Source of the DNA: Nitrosopumilus sp.
GTDB lineage: Archaea; Thermoproteota; Nitrososphaeria; Nitrososphaerales; Nitrosopumilaceae
Assembly (NCBI GenBank): GCA_965223425.1
Contig: OZ245003.1
Location: 896,001 to 960,000, forward strand
Direction: 5' to 3'
DNA length: 64,000 nucleotides
Below the pieces are notes generated by a model. It was given only the letters and a program-made list of their open reading frames with translations, was not told the origin of the DNA and made no database searches. Position 1 is the stretch's first letter. Every line of letters starts with the position of its first letter. The position numbers and the translations under genes are program-made. Of this stretch, positions 47,232-59,395 are shown one piece after another.

Positions 47232-48542
47232 TTAACGTAAAATCACGCCTATATCCATAAGATTTGTGTGAGTAAAGTCAGTTACAATGTTTGCCTTTTG
47301 TTTTTGAAAGAATCTGCCTGAATCACTGTTTTTGAGAAACTCTTTGGCCACTTTTGAGTCAACTCTAATATTTTCAGTAATTGCCCCTGCAAAAATGGAG
47401 TTTCCGTCAATCCCATCTGTACCCATAGACGCAATGACGATTTTTTTTAATTTTTGTGTGTTCTTTAAAATTCTTAGAACCAACTCTTGATTTCTTCCCC
47501 CCATTCCTTTACCAAGAACTCTTACTGTTGTTTCTCCACCAAAAACAAGACATGTTTTTTGATCCTCTGAAATGTTTTCAAGAATTTTTGTGACTGCATC
47601 TTTAATGTCCCCAAAAACCTGCATTGTGGTTACCTTGTAACCCTTCTTCTTGGCCGTTTCCTGCATTTCTTTCAAACAACCGCTATTATTTGCAATGATA
47701 TAGTTTTCAATTTTTGGCTTCTTTGGCGTTTTTGTTTCTTTGTGCAATCCTTTTTCTAAAACCTGCAAAACCTCTAAAGGAATTTTTCTTTTTAACTTGT
47801 ATTTTTCTAAAATGTCTAAAGCGTCTGAAAACGTTGTATCATCCATGTGTGTTGTGCCTGATGCAATAGATGACAGATCATCCCCTTCGACATCTGACAT
47901 TGCCAGACCTATTCCTTGGCATTTCATGTTTTCAATTAATCTGCCGCCTTTGATTTTTGATAGATGCTTTCTGATGCAATTAAATTCTTGGATTGTCGCC
48001 CCTGATTTTAACAACAAATCTGTAACATGGATTTTGTCATCAAGAGTGATTTCATTTGGCATTGCAAGAAGTGATGAGCCTCCTCCCGAAACAAGAAAAA
48101 TTACTAGTTCGTCACTTCGTTTGTTTTGAAGAAATTTTATGACTTCTTTTGCAGCCCTTACGCTTGTTTTATCTGGTTTGGGATGTCTGGAATTGAAAAT
48201 CTGGAATTTTTTACCCTTAATTCTGGACTTTGAGCCCTTGGGAATTACTACAATTCCACTTTTTATTGGAATTATTGCATTGAGTGCTCTAGTCATAGAA
48301 TCTCCGGCCTTTCCAAATGCTATGGAATAGATGTTGGAGTATTTCTTAATCCTGATTGACTTGTCTCCAATCTTGATTTCACCTGGTGTTACAAACTTTG
48401 GAATTATGTTTTCCGGATCTGCTGCACGAAGACCTGCCTCTAAAATTTCCAGACACTCTTTTTTCTTATCAGTAGCTGCCAGATCTTTGAAATTTTTGAT
48501 AATCATACACATTCCCAATAGTGCAAGATATATAATCATCAA
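47232..48542 (-). CDS. Glycerate 2-kinase (MOFRL family)
   Basis: SGGGSSL, GGETTV, GGRNQE, TDGIDG, TN. Confidence 0.9.
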   Translation of the reverse strand: MMIIYLALLGMCMIIKNFKDLAATDKKKECLEILEAGLRAADPENIIPKFVTPGEIKIGDKSIRIKKYSNIYSIAFGKAGDSMTRALNAIIPIKSGIVVIPKGSKSRIKGKKFQIFNSRHPKPDKTSVRAAKEVIKFLQNKRSDELVIFLVSGGGSSLLAMPNEITLDDKIHVTDLLLKSGATIQEFNCIRKHLSKIKGGRLIENMKCQGIGLAMSDVEGDDLSSIASGTTHMDDTTFSDALDILEKYKLKRKIPLEVLQVLEKGLHKETKTPKKPKIENYIIANNSGCLKEMQETAKKKGYKVTTMQVFGDIKDAVTKILENISEDQKTCLVFGGETTVRVLGKGMGGRNQELVLRILKNTQKLKKIVIASMGTDGIDGNSIFAGAITENIRVDSKVAKEFLKNSDSGRFFQKQKANIVTDFTHTNLMDIGVILR

Positions 48543-48558
48543 TGATTTTTTTTATTTT

Positions 48559-49503
48559 ATGCACACAGTACGTATTCCAAAAGTTATCAAATTTGGTGAA
48601 AACGCACTTGGTGAAACAGAGTATCCAAAAAACGCTCTTGTAGTAACTACTGCCACTCCGGAACTATCTGGAAAGTGGCTTGATAAAATGGGCATTCAAG
48701 ACTACATGCTTTATGATAAGGTAAATCCAGAGCCATCAATTGATGATGTTAATTCATTAATTGCTGAATTCAAAGACAAAACGCCATCTGTCTTAATTGG
48801 ACTAGGCGGTGGAAGCTCATTAGATGTTGTAAAATATTCTGCCCAAGACTTTGGAGTAGAAAAGATCCTGATTCCAACTACATTTGGGACAGGAGCTGAA
48901 ATGACGACATACTGCGTTTTGAAATTTGATGGCAAAAAGAAACTCTTACGTGAAGACCGATTTCTTGCAGATATGGCCGTAGTTGATTCATACTTTTTGA
49001 AAGGCACTCCACAACAAATTGTAAATAATTCAGTTTGTGATGCTTGTGCCCAAGCAACCGAAGGATATGATAGCAAACTTGGAAATGATTTGACAAGAAC
49101 ATTGTGTAAGCAGGCATTTGAGATTCTTCATGATGCAATTATGAATGACAAACCAGAGAACTATCCGTATGGTTCAATGTTGTCTGGAATGGGATTTGGA
49201 AATTGCTCAACAACGCTTGGGCATGCATTGTCGTATGTATTCTCAAATGAGGGAGTCCCACATGGTTATTCATTATCATCTTGTACTACAGTTGCACACA
49301 AGCACAACAAGTCAGTTTTCTATGATAGATTCAAAGAAGCTATGGACAAGCTCGGTTTTGATAAACTAGAACTCAAAGCTGATGTTTCAGAAGCCGCAGA
49401 TGTTGTAATGACTGATAAGGGACATTTGGATCCAAACCCAATTCCAATATCCAAAGAAGATGCCATGAAGTGTCTTGAAGATATCAAAGCAGGCAATTTG
49501 TAA
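48559..49503 (+). CDS. Iron-containing alcohol dehydrogenase family protein
   Basis: GGGSSLD, PTTFGTGAE, GHALS, PHG. Confidence 0.88.
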   Translation: MHTVRIPKVIKFGENALGETEYPKNALVVTTATPELSGKWLDKMGIQDYMLYDKVNPEPSIDDVNSLIAEFKDKTPSVLIGLGGGSSLDVVKYSAQDFGVEKILIPTTFGTGAEMTTYCVLKFDGKKKLLREDRFLADMAVVDSYFLKGTPQQIVNNSVCDACAQATEGYDSKLGNDLTRTLCKQAFEILHDAIMNDKPENYPYGSMLSGMGFGNCSTTLGHALSYVFSNEGVPHGYSLSSCTTVAHKHNKSVFYDRFKEAMDKLGFDKLELKADVSEAADVVMTDKGHLDPNPIPISKEDAMKCLEDIKAGNL

Positions 49504-49599
49504 AAAACACAAATTTATTTTTACCTTTTTTATATTTTCTTGGTAAACTGCGAAATTGGCAGCTTGTCTAAACTTATTTATGCTAATATTCAGACCTAA

Positions 49600-50706
49600 A
49601 TGTACTTGACTCAAAACAAGCTAAAATTTGGTATTCAAAACGGACTAAACGTTGCAAGGGCCGGTTATACCGAAGACCAAATCTTGACGGCTTGCATGCT
49701 TGCAGACAAGACAGGTTACGATTCAATTTTTTATATGGATCACACAAATGTACCACAGTGGAAAAACGCAATTGTTTTGGATCCTTGGGTTATGTTATCT
49801 GCAATAGCTGCAGTAACAAATAATGTGGAACTGGGAACTTGTGTAACTGATGCAATTAGAAGACATCCATCTAACATTGCGCTGGCTGTAATCACACTTG
49901 ACAGAATTTCAAAAGGAAGAGCAATTCTTGGTATTGGCGCAGGCGAGGCTCAAAATCTAAAAGAATTCTGTATTCCATTTGAAAAACCAGTCTCAAAATG
50001 GGAAGAACAGATTGAAACTATTCACACGTTATACGAATCAACCCCTGATAACACCGTAAATTATGATGGAAAATATTACAAACTTGAAGGAGCATGTCTG
50101 CAAGCCCCGCCAATTAGAAAACCACGCCCACCAACTTACATGGCCGCCGGTGGTAAGAGAACCCTTGGATTAACAGGAAAACTTGGTGATGGTTGGCTGC
50201 CTATCGGTTACACTCCAGAACTTTTTGAAGATCATGCAGCACAAATTAAAAAATCAATGGATGACAACAACAGAACTCAAGAAGCAAAAGATAACTTCCA
50301 ATATGCACTTGACATTGACGTATACTTTTCTGAAGATGCTGAAGAATCATGGGCAAGAATGAAAGAAGCAGTGAAAGTTAGTTTGTTCAAGCCTGAAATC
50401 TTGAGGGTTCATGGATTAAAAGAGATCGAAGGGTTTGACTTTAGAAAATACTTTACAGAATACTCAATGTCTAATCAAGATTGGATTGTAAAAATGAGAG
50501 AAGCTGCAACAAAAATTCCTGAACATGTTGCTCGTTCTTCGACTGCAGTTGGCACACCAGATGACATCATTCCAACATTCGAAAGATTCATGGATGCTGG
50601 TGTTAATCACTTTGTAATTAGATTCTGGGGTAAGAATTACTTTGGTTCTGTTGACAAGTTTGCAAGTCATGTAATGCCTGCACTTAGAGAAAAAGCCAAA
50701 CAATAA
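49600..50706 (+). CDS. LLM-class (F420/flavin-dependent) oxidoreductase
   Basis: DPWVMLSAIAA, LDRISKGRAILGIGAG, GDGW. Confidence 0.9.
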   Translation: MYLTQNKLKFGIQNGLNVARAGYTEDQILTACMLADKTGYDSIFYMDHTNVPQWKNAIVLDPWVMLSAIAAVTNNVELGTCVTDAIRRHPSNIALAVITLDRISKGRAILGIGAGEAQNLKEFCIPFEKPVSKWEEQIETIHTLYESTPDNTVNYDGKYYKLEGACLQAPPIRKPRPPTYMAAGGKRTLGLTGKLGDGWLPIGYTPELFEDHAAQIKKSMDDNNRTQEAKDNFQYALDIDVYFSEDAEESWARMKEAVKVSLFKPEILRVHGLKEIEGFDFRKYFTEYSMSNQDWIVKMREAATKIPEHVARSSTAVGTPDDIIPTFERFMDAGVNHFVIRFWGKNYFGSVDKFASHVMPALREKAKQ

Positions 50707-50762
50707 GACGCTCGATGCTATAATATGCCGAAAATCATTTACTATGCTGGTTTTGAGAATAT

Positions 50763-50996
50763 ATGATGGATGACGATCTTCCTGAAACAGTAAAAAAATG
50801 TCTTGATATTTTAGAAGAAAATGTCGAAATTTTAGCAAATCTTGAGCTGGATTTAGAGGACGAAAAGGAAGATGAGCTAATTTCAAGTCTTGCACTTTAT
50901 CAGCTTTATGACATGACTGAGGATGTTGCCGAATCTGCAAAACTCAAACGCGCCGAATCCAATTTTGCAAGACGACAAGCTGAAGATTCTTTATGA
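50763..50996 (+). CDS. Acidic hypothetical protein
   Basis: 77-aa ORF. Confidence 0.5.
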   Translation: MMDDDLPETVKKCLDILEENVEILANLELDLEDEKEDELISSLALYQLYDMTEDVAESAKLKRAESNFARRQAEDSL

Positions 50997-51472
50997 TTTG
51001 TGTGGCCTTTTGTTTTTGCTTTTGTAAGTGATTTTGCTCTACGTTTGATTTTTTTTAATTCCTTGTGATGTTTCGTAGCGGTGCTTGCAGATATCTGTAG
51101 TTCCACGCGTCTCTCCAAACCAGATGAGCTTTGACTCTGCATTGTCCTCTTCTGGGACATCCAACACTGGGTTTGTCGTATCCTCAAGCGCGTCATCCAC
51201 CCCATGCATGAACGTCTTGAACTGTTCGTATGTTTTAGCGATTTTGATTAATGAAAAATTTGGATGAAAAAAGTCAAATTTTAGAATGTTTTCTATTTTT
51301 GATTATTTTTGTAATGATTTGCTATGAGCGTAGAATTAAAAAGTGAATGCACAGCATTAGAATGCAGAATTTTAGAAATCAAAGCATTAGAAAAAGAATT
51401 AGACGAAGAAAACTAGATCTGTTTTTTGGGGAGCATGTTTGCTCTGGATTTATAAAATGATTTTTCATAATT

Positions 51473-52111
51473 TTGATATTGAAACTAGTGGGAATATTAC
51501 AAATCAAATCATATGAAAAAATCAAAGAATTTCTACAGGAAGAACATATTGGAAGAATTTCTAGTATTGATAAAAATGGGTTCCCTCAGATCATTCCAAT
51601 GAATTTTGCTTTTCTAAATGATGCTATTTACATGCATTCTCATGTTAAGGGTGAAAAATTAGATAATATCTCCAAGAACAACAAAGTTGGTTTTGAAGTA
51701 GATAGGGAACTGGAGTTTCTGCCATCTTATTTTGAGGATCCTTGTGATGCATCTTTGGCAGATACTTTGTACATTAGCGTTGTAATCAAAGGATTGGGTT
51801 CTTTTGTTGATGATGGAGAAGAAAAAACACTTGCCCTTAACGGACTAATGGAGAAATATCAGCCTGAGGGACAGTATGAACCAATAAAGCCTGACATGCA
51901 AGTCTTAGATCACGTCACAGTAATCAAGGTGACCACACAAACATTGCATGGGAAATACAAAATTGGTCAGAATGTAAGCCCTGAAAAAAGAATGGACCTG
52001 GCACAAAAAATTCTGAAAAGAAATTCCCCCACTGCTAGACAAACCTTGAAAATTATGGGATTTGAGATCACTGACGATGGTCTAAGAATGGTTGATGAGC
52101 CTGTCTGGTAA
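51473..52111 (+). CDS. Pyridoxamine 5'-phosphate oxidase-like FMN-binding protein
   Basis: PQIIPMNF, GEKLDNI..N.KVGFEVD, YISVVIKG. Confidence 0.85.
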   Translation: MILKLVGILQIKSYEKIKEFLQEEHIGRISSIDKNGFPQIIPMNFAFLNDAIYMHSHVKGEKLDNISKNNKVGFEVDRELEFLPSYFEDPCDASLADTLYISVVIKGLGSFVDDGEEKTLALNGLMEKYQPEGQYEPIKPDMQVLDHVTVIKVTTQTLHGKYKIGQNVSPEKRMDLAQKILKRNSPTARQTLKIMGFEITDDGLRMVDEPVW

Positions 52112-52252
52112 GTTAGTTTGATACTGCCATTGCTTTAAATTCAGTTTTAGCCACAGTTTTTCGCCACATTTAATTAATGAAATTCAGTATTTTGTGCCTA
52201 GATTTGTCATATTTTTTATCGGTGTGGTCTGTCTAATAATGCGGATACAGAA

Positions 52253-52351
52253 GACCTTATGCGTAATCGATCAAACTAATATTGCTAGATGATTCTTGTC
52301 TTAGCAAACCAATTTGATTTTGAATTTTTAGTCGATTGCGCATAAGGTCTA
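52253..52351. mobile_element. MITE family A, second copy (inverted)
   Basis: Near-identical reverse complement of 35221-35319. Confidence 0.88.
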
Positions 52352-52365
52352 GACATGAAATACGG

Positions 52366-52565
52366 ATGCTGTATCTTCTGTTTGTCTTGCGACGTATCTG
52401 GTTGCGCAGCTTTCGCGGAGTCGGCGTGTTCTTTTTGCAAAGCCTGTCGGCCAGCTTTTCTATCAATGCGTACAAGACGTCCGGGCTTTTGCCTCTTCCT
52501 GGCGCGTCCCGGAGGCCATCTGCGCCATATTTTCTGAACCTGCATACCAACAGCTGGACTGTGCG
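52366..52565 (-). pseudogene. Internal fragment of the IS630 transposase
   Basis: Near-identical inverted copy of about 53627-53827. Confidence 0.88.
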
Positions 52566-52566
52566 T

Positions 52567-52646
52567 TAGTTTGTTGCATAACTTGGATCCTAGGCACGAA
52601 ATTTACCCAACTTTTGACTGGCTTAGGCGTGTTATGCAACAAACTA
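52567..52646. mobile_element. MITE family B (80 bp)
   Basis: 16-bp IR TAGTTTGTTGCATAAC / GTTATGCAACAAACTA. Confidence 0.75.
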
Positions 52647-52717
52647 GAAGATAAGGCGGGAACTCGCAGGAATTCTTGACTCCTAACATTTTTTAGGATG
52701 CAGAAAATAGAAAGGAC

Positions 52718-52969
52718 ATGTCTGAAACCAAGACCGTAAACCCCTTTGACTTCCTTCCAGAAGACAAGATGAAGATAATCAGGGAAGATTTTGAGAAAGA
52801 TGAAATCTCCAACACCAAAACATTTGAGCAGTATCTAAAAGCACTACATGAAGAAGACGAACTAATCCCAGAAGAGGTATTGGACATCATTGAAGCGCGA
52901 AAAAGCACAGATTGGAAGACATTTTCCACCGCAGAAGAATTGTTAAAAGACTTGCATGAAGATGACTAG
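52718..52969 (+). CDS. Antitoxin
   Basis: Acidic, overlaps the toxin, preceded by the operator palindrome at 52681-52698. Confidence 0.7.
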   Translation: MSETKTVNPFDFLPEDKMKIIREDFEKDEISNTKTFEQYLKALHEEDELIPEEVLDIIEARKSTDWKTFSTAEELLKDLHEDD

Positions 52970-53231
52970 ATGGAAGATCATAAGAGAAAACACTTTCAAA
53001 AAGCAATACAAAAACATCGGGCATAAAAGACAGGCAGATGTGGATAATGCAATATGTGAGCTTTCATCATCTGTAAATCCTGCAGATATTGGAAGATACA
53101 AACAACATCAAAAGGTATTCGCATATGAACTTGGAAAAAACGACAGACTGATTTACACCTTGGATTATTTTTACAATAAAATAATTCTGCTTCGTGTATG
53201 TGATCACAAGTCAGTATATGGCAAGGACTGA
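52956..53231 (+). CDS. RelE/ParE-like toxin (intact)
   Basis: FKKQYK...RLIY...LLRVCDHKSVY. Confidence 0.8.
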   Translation: MKMTRWKIIRENTFKKQYKNIGHKRQADVDNAICELSSSVNPADIGRYKQHQKVFAYELGKNDRLIYTLDYFYNKIILLRVCDHKSVYGKD

Positions 53232-53408
53232 TGCAGTCTTTACTGACTGTATTATCCAAACCAGTCTTATCTTGAAACGGAAGAACCAACTGAGTGGACG
53301 GGTATTGACAAATCATATGACAGTTCTGGAAAATATTTTTCAGAAAATACGGATGCAGACACTCTGCAAACAACAAAAAAACCAATCAACAAAGGAGGTT
53401 GATGACTA

Positions 53409-54505
53409 GAGTGGCGATTATAATTAATTTCGCCTCTCCAGACAGGACTGAACAGAAAAGCTTATTGATCACCAGATCAGCTGCAAGCTGTGAACGAAGT
53501 ACAGGCACTGACGGAGGCCATGCGTGCAGAGAAGAACATCAAGATTCGTGACAGGATGCCGGCAGTGCGCGGAGTCCTCATGGGACACTCTACGGCAGAT
53601 CTTGCAGATATTGCCAACGTAGACCAACGCACAGTCCAGCTGTGGGTATGCAGGTTCAGAAAATATGGCGCAGATGGCCTCCGGGACGCGCCAGGAAGAG
53701 GCAAAAGCCCGGACGTCTTGTACGCATTGATAGAAAAGCTGGCCGACAGGCTTTGCAAAAAGAACACGCTGACTCCGCGAAAGCTGCGCAACCAGATACG
53801 TCGCAAGACAAACAGAAGATACAGCATGTCCAACATGCGCAGGATAATGCGCGTCTTTGGATTCTCCTGCAAGACATCCACGACAGTATACGGGAACAGT
53901 GCAGGCGCCGACGAGGTACGACGGTGGCAAAAAGACGCCTCAGCAGTCATTTCACGTGCAAAAAGGCGTGGATTCCGGATTGCGATACAGGACGAGTCGA
54001 TATTCATAAGGATCGGTGAGGACGGCAAGAGGCTGTGGTCGCGCATAGGCGATCCCGTGGAGATAGAAAGGTCAGGACGCAGGGACAAGACAGTCGTATA
54101 CGGGGCGCTTGCAGATGACGGCACCAGACTGATGCGCCTGTATGACAAGTTTGACGGCCCTACGTTTGTGAGGTACCTGGCAGAGGCCCGCCGCAAGTGG
54201 GGCAAGGCGCTGCTGATAATGGACAATGCCGGCCAGCACAAGACGGCGGCGGCAAGAAAATACTTGGAGGATCACAAGGGAGAGATCGAGATACTCTGCC
54301 TGCCTGTTGCCACTCCGAAGCTTAGTGCCATCGAGGCGTTGTGGAAGCAGGCCAAGTACAGGCTGATCACGGCAGCACACTATGACACGCTTGAAGATCT
54401 CAAACACACAGTGTCAGAGTACTTTAGGACATGTTCCATTAAACTTGACATCTACAGGTATCTAGCTCGTTGTGTTTGAGGCGAAATTTTCAATGATCGC
54501 CACTC
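53409..54505 (+). mobile_element. IS630-family insertion sequence (transposase 53490-54479)
   Basis: TIR GAGTGGCGAT...AATTTCGCCTC, TA duplication, QDES/MDNA/AIE DDE triad. Confidence 0.93.
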
Positions 54506-54636
54506 TAGTCTCAGTCCTGGTTTTGCCGTATCACTGGATCTGCACCACTCCGGACGTACTTTGCACCATCATTTTCTTTATGCCTGATTCACTGCAGAAG
54601 ATTTTTAGTAAATTCAGTTTTCAAGGATTGTATCTA

Positions 54637-56589
54637 TTGAAACAAATATCTGAATTTGAATTAGCATCTGATTATACCCCTACTGGAGACCAACCTCAGG
54701 CAATTGATGAGCTAGTTGATGGTGTTAAAAAAAGAACAGTTCAAACCTTGATTGGAGTTACTGGAAGTGGTAAAACTTTCTCAGTTGCAAATGTTATTGC
54801 TAGAACTGGTAAAAACACTCTGGTTATCTCTCACAACAAAACTCTTGCAGCACAACTTTATTCCGAGTTAAAACAGTTTTTCCCAAAAAATAATGTTGGA
54901 TATTTTGTATCTTACTATGATTATTATCAGCCGGAAAGCTATCTTCCACAAACTGATACTTATATTGAAAAAGACACTCAAATCAACGAAAAAATTGAAA
55001 AACTAAGGCTGGAGGCTACTGCCATGTTGCTTTCAGGTGAGCCTACAATAATAGTATCAACTGTTTCTTGTATTTACTCTATTGGAAATCCTCTAGATTG
55101 GGAAGACTTTACAATTACAATTAACACTAATGATGAAATTAAACGAAATAAGATTATCCGAAAATTTATTGATGCCCGATATGAAAGAAATGACACTAAA
55201 GTTGCACCAGGAAATTTCCGAGTAAAGGGAGACACAATTGATGTTGTTCCTGCATATTCGGAGGATATAGTTAGAATTTCTATGTTTGGAGATAAAGTAG
55301 AAAAAATTACTTTGCTTGATCCTGTTTCGTCAAAAGAAAAACGAAAAATCTCTCAAATCAAAATTTTTCCTGCCAAACATTATCTCATTGCAAAAGATGC
55401 AAGAGAAAAAGCCATCAAGTCTATCAAAGAGGAACTAAAACATCGTTTACCTGAATTAAATGAATTAGAAAACCAAAGACTACAGATGCGAACAAACTAT
55501 GATTTAGAAATGATTGAAGAATTGGGTTATTGTTCCGGAATTGAAAACTATTCCAGACATTTTGATGGAAGAAAACCTGGAGAAAAAGCATTTTGTTTGA
55601 TGGATTTTTTTGGCGATGATTATCTTTTGGTCATTGATGAGTCACATGTGACATTGCCTCAGCTTCATGGAATGTACAAAGGTGATCATTCAAGAAAAAA
55701 AGAACTTGTTACATATGGATTCAGGCTGCCAAGTGCATATGATAACCGCCCATTAAAATTTGAGGAATTTGAAAAATACATTCAAAATACCATATTTGTT
55801 TCTGCCACCCCTGCCGAATATGAGAAAAAAATATCATCAAAAATTGCCGAACAGCTAGTTCGACCTACTGGTTTACTTGATCCAATCGTTGAGATTAGGC
55901 CAACCAGAAACCAAATGGATGATTTAATACTGGAAATTAACAAAAGAGCGGAACATTCTGAGCGTGTTTTAGTCACCACTTTGACTAAAAGAATGGCAGA
56001 AGATTTGGCCGAATATCTCTCAAAAAAACAAGTTAGGGTTCGATACATGCATTCAGAAATAGAAGGACTGCAAAGAACTGAACTAATCAGGCAGTTGCGT
56101 CTGGGTGAGTTTGACGTACTAGTCGGAATTAACCTTCTTCGAGAAGGACTAGACATTCCGGAGGTCTCTCTAGTGGCAATTTTAGATGCAGACAAGGAAG
56201 GATTTTTGAGAAATTTTACCAGCCTTATCCAGACATGTGGCCGTGCCGCAAGAAATGAAAATGGGTCTGTGATAATGTATGCTGACACTACAACGCAATC
56301 TATGAAAAATGCCGTGGATGAAACTAACCGTCGTAGAGAAAAACAAATGCAATACAATCAAGAACATAACATTGTTCCTAAAACAATCATAAAATCTGTT
56401 CCAGAACAGGTTACAACGTTGGATGATTCAAAGCTAAAGTCCACTCATGATCTTGAAGCTGACATTATTGACTTGGATGCGCAAATGAAAACATATTCTG
56501 ATGATTTGGACTTTGAGCAAGCAATAGAATGCAGGGATAGAATAAAAAGACTAGAAAAGGAGATTCAATTAAAAGATGACCGAAAATAA
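54637..56589 (+). CDS. uvrB: Excinuclease ABC subunit B
   Basis: GDQP, GVTGSGKT, YYDYYQPE, DESH; start revised to TTG 54637. Confidence 0.96.
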   Translation: MKQISEFELASDYTPTGDQPQAIDELVDGVKKRTVQTLIGVTGSGKTFSVANVIARTGKNTLVISHNKTLAAQLYSELKQFFPKNNVGYFVSYYDYYQPESYLPQTDTYIEKDTQINEKIEKLRLEATAMLLSGEPTIIVSTVSCIYSIGNPLDWEDFTITINTNDEIKRNKIIRKFIDARYERNDTKVAPGNFRVKGDTIDVVPAYSEDIVRISMFGDKVEKITLLDPVSSKEKRKISQIKIFPAKHYLIAKDAREKAIKSIKEELKHRLPELNELENQRLQMRTNYDLEMIEELGYCSGIENYSRHFDGRKPGEKAFCLMDFFGDDYLLVIDESHVTLPQLHGMYKGDHSRKKELVTYGFRLPSAYDNRPLKFEEFEKYIQNTIFVSATPAEYEKKISSKIAEQLVRPTGLLDPIVEIRPTRNQMDDLILEINKRAEHSERVLVTTLTKRMAEDLAEYLSKKQVRVRYMHSEIEGLQRTELIRQLRLGEFDVLVGINLLREGLDIPEVSLVAILDADKEGFLRNFTSLIQTCGRAARNENGSVIMYADTTTQSMKNAVDETNRRREKQMQYNQEHNIVPKTIIKSVPEQVTTLDDSKLKSTHDLEADIIDLDAQMKTYSDDLDFEQAIECRDRIKRLEKEIQLKDDRK

Positions 56590-59395
56590 ACTAAAGATTC
56601 GCGGTGCACGACATCATAATCTGAAAAATTTAGATGTAGATATTCCAAAAAATAACCTGGTCGTAATAAGTGGATTGTCTGGCTCTGGAAAATCCACACT
56701 GGCCTTTGATACCATCTATGCTGAAGGTCAAAGACGATATGTAGAATCTCTTTCTGCATATGCTAGACAATTTTTAGAAATGATGGACAAGCCAGATGTT
56801 GATTCTATTGAAGGACTCTCGCCTGCAATATCTATTCAACAAAAAACTACTAGTAAAAATCCCCGTTCTACTGTAGGCACCACTACTGAAATTTATGACT
56901 ACATGAGGTTGCTTTTTGCCAGAATCGGAATTCCATATTGTACAAATTGCAAAAGAAAAATTTCTACCCAGTCAATTGAGACAATTTGCGATTCTGTTCT
57001 CAAAGATTTCAAAGGAAAAAAAATCCTTGTTTTGGCTCCCATAATTCAAAGAAAAAAAGGAACGTATGAGAAATTATTTGAGCAAATCAAAAAGGATGGA
57101 TATTCCAGAGTACGCCTAAATGGGGAAATTTTGAGCCTAGATGAGGAGATCCCTCCCTTAGACAGGCAAAAATGGCACAATATTGAGATTATCGTTGACA
57201 GAATCGCCACTGAGAAATCTGAAAGATCTAGACTTTTTGAAGCAATACAGACTGCAATCAAAGCATCAAAAGGAGACGTAATGATTGCATTTGAAAAAAC
57301 AGAAAAAATTTTCTCACAAAACAACGCATGCCCCTATTGTGGTTTAACTGTGGGTGAGTTAGAACCAAGAACATTCTCATTTAATTCTCCATTTGGTATG
57401 TGTAAAAAATGTAATGGGTTGGGCGTTAAGATGGAATTTGACGCTGATTTAGTAATACCTGATAAAACAAAGTCCATTTTGGACGGTGCCATTGTTCCTT
57501 GGAGTGGCAGATTTTCATCATTTAGAAAGCAAGCGCTACGGGCCGTTGGAAAAAAATTTGGATTTGACTTGATGACTCCGATTGAAAAAATAAGACCAAA
57601 ACATCTTGATATTATTCTATCTGGAACAGATGATCTAGTTGATTTCAAGTATCTTTCAAAATCAGGAGATTCCTCTTGGCAGTATACTAACGCATTTGAA
57701 GGGGTGCTGGAGAATCTACAACGTGTTTTTATGGAAACTGATTCTGAATCAAAACGTGAATGGTTAAAGCAGTTCATGCGGGACACTCCTTGTGCTGCAT
57801 GTAATGGTAGAAAACTAAAACCAGAATCCCTTGCAGTTAAAGTAAACAACAAAGGAATTATGGATGTTTGTGATATGTCAATTGATCATTGTTATGATTT
57901 CTTTTCTACGTTAAAACTAACTGAAAACGAGCAATACATTGCAAGAGATGTTCTAAAGGAAATTAAAGAACGTTTAGAGTTTTTAATGAATGTTGGATTG
58001 AACTATCTTACATTAAATCGATCAAGTTCTACACTGTCTGGTGGTGAATCTCAACGAATTAGATTGGCAACTCAGATTGGTTCTAATTTGACTGGTGTCT
58101 TGTATGTTCTTGATGAGCCGACAATTGGCCTGCATCAACGTGATAATGAAAGACTCATTAAAACGCTAACAAAGCTACGAAATCTTGGAAACACTGTGAT
58201 AGTTGTAGAGCATGACGAAGAAATTATACGAAATTCGGACTGGATAGTTGATTTGGGTCCTGGCGCAGGCGTACATGGCGGTAATGTGGTTTTTGAGGGA
58301 ACAGTAGATAAAATCCTCAATGATCACAAATCTGTCACTGGTGATTATCTCAAAAACCATTCTTTAATCAATTTAGAAAATAAAATCCGCAATCGTTCTA
58401 ATTCATTAATTGTCAAGAAAGCATCAGAAAACAATCTAAAAGGCATTGATGTTGAAATCCCGTTGGGGCTTTTTGTCTCTGTCACCGGTGTTTCAGGTTC
58501 TGGAAAATCTACTCTGATAAATGACATACTGCTCAAGACACTACAAAATCATTTTTACAAATCAAATGTAAGGCCTGGAAATCATAAGGAAATTGTTGGT
58601 TTGGAGAACATAGATAAGGTAATTGCAATTGATCAATCACCCATTGGTAGAACCCCGCGTTCCAATCCTGCAACTTACATTGGTGCATTTACTCCTATAA
58701 GGGAGCTTTATGCAAGTACTGAGTTATCAAAAGAGCGCGGATATGCGCCAGGACAATTCTCATTTAACGTAGCTGATGGAAGGTGTTTTGCATGCGGTGG
58801 TGATGGTGTAAAACAAATTGAAATGCAGTTTTTGTCTGATGTTTATGTAAAATGTGATGAATGTAAGGGAAAGAGATACAATTCTGAAACCCTTTCTGTA
58901 CTGTATAAGGGCAAAAATATTTCTGATATTTTAGACATGACAGTTTATGAGGCATTAAATTTCTTTGAGAATGTTCCTGCAATAAAACGAAAATTACAGA
59001 CAGTTTATGATGTTGGCCTTGGTTATATAAAACTGGGGCAGTCATCCACAACATTGTCTGGCGGCGAAGCCCAACGGGTAAAACTTGCATCAGAATTATC
59101 AAAAAGAGGCACTGGAAAAACCCTCTATGTCTTAGATGAACCTACCACCGGCCTACATTTTGCAGATGTTCAAAAATTATTGGACGTATTAAACAGGCTG
59201 GTAAACTTGGGAAATACTGTAGTGGTAATTGAGCATAACATGGATGTGATTAAGAATTCTGACTGGCTAATTGATCTTGGACCTGAAGGTGGCGACGAAG
59301 GAGGCAGAGTCGTATCTACTGGAACCCCCCATGATGTTGCCAAAGCTCCGGGAAGCTATACTGGAAAATACCTGAAAAAATTATTAAAAAAATGA
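56576..59395 (+). CDS. uvrA: Excinuclease ABC subunit A
   Basis: Two ABC cassettes ([21 protein letters not shown]) and zinc fingers. Confidence 0.97.
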   Translation: MTENKLKIRGARHHNLKNLDVDIPKNNLVVISGLSGSGKSTLAFDTIYAEGQRRYVESLSAYARQFLEMMDKPDVDSIEGLSPAISIQQKTTSKNPRSTVGTTTEIYDYMRLLFARIGIPYCTNCKRKISTQSIETICDSVLKDFKGKKILVLAPIIQRKKGTYEKLFEQIKKDGYSRVRLNGEILSLDEEIPPLDRQKWHNIEIIVDRIATEKSERSRLFEAIQTAIKASKGDVMIAFEKTEKIFSQNNACPYCGLTVGELEPRTFSFNSPFGMCKKCNGLGVKMEFDADLVIPDKTKSILDGAIVPWSGRFSSFRKQALRAVGKKFGFDLMTPIEKIRPKHLDIILSGTDDLVDFKYLSKSGDSSWQYTNAFEGVLENLQRVFMETDSESKREWLKQFMRDTPCAACNGRKLKPESLAVKVNNKGIMDVCDMSIDHCYDFFSTLKLTENEQYIARDVLKEIKERLEFLMNVGLNYLTLNRSSSTLSGGESQRIRLATQIGSNLTGVLYVLDEPTIGLHQRDNERLIKTLTKLRNLGNTVIVVEHDEEIIRNSDWIVDLGPGAGVHGGNVVFEGTVDKILNDHKSVTGDYLKNHSLINLENKIRNRSNSLIVKKASENNLKGIDVEIPLGLFVSVTGVSGSGKSTLINDILLKTLQNHFYKSNVRPGNHKEIVGLENIDKVIAIDQSPIGRTPRSNPATYIGAFTPIRELYASTELSKERGYAPGQFSFNVADGRCFACGGDGVKQIEMQFLSDVYVKCDECKGKRYNSETLSVLYKGKNISDILDMTVYEALNFFENVPAIKRKLQTVYDVGLGYIKLGQSSTTLSGGEAQRVKLASELSKRGTGKTLYVLDEPTTGLHFADVQKLLDVLNRLVNLGNTVVVIEHNMDVIKNSDWLIDLGPEGGDEGGRVVSTGTPHDVAKAPGSYTGKYLKKLLKK

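Noticed and set aside
54472-54636. N-terminal extension of UvrB
   Set aside because: Starts inside the IS630 end; UvrB similarity begins at about 54637.
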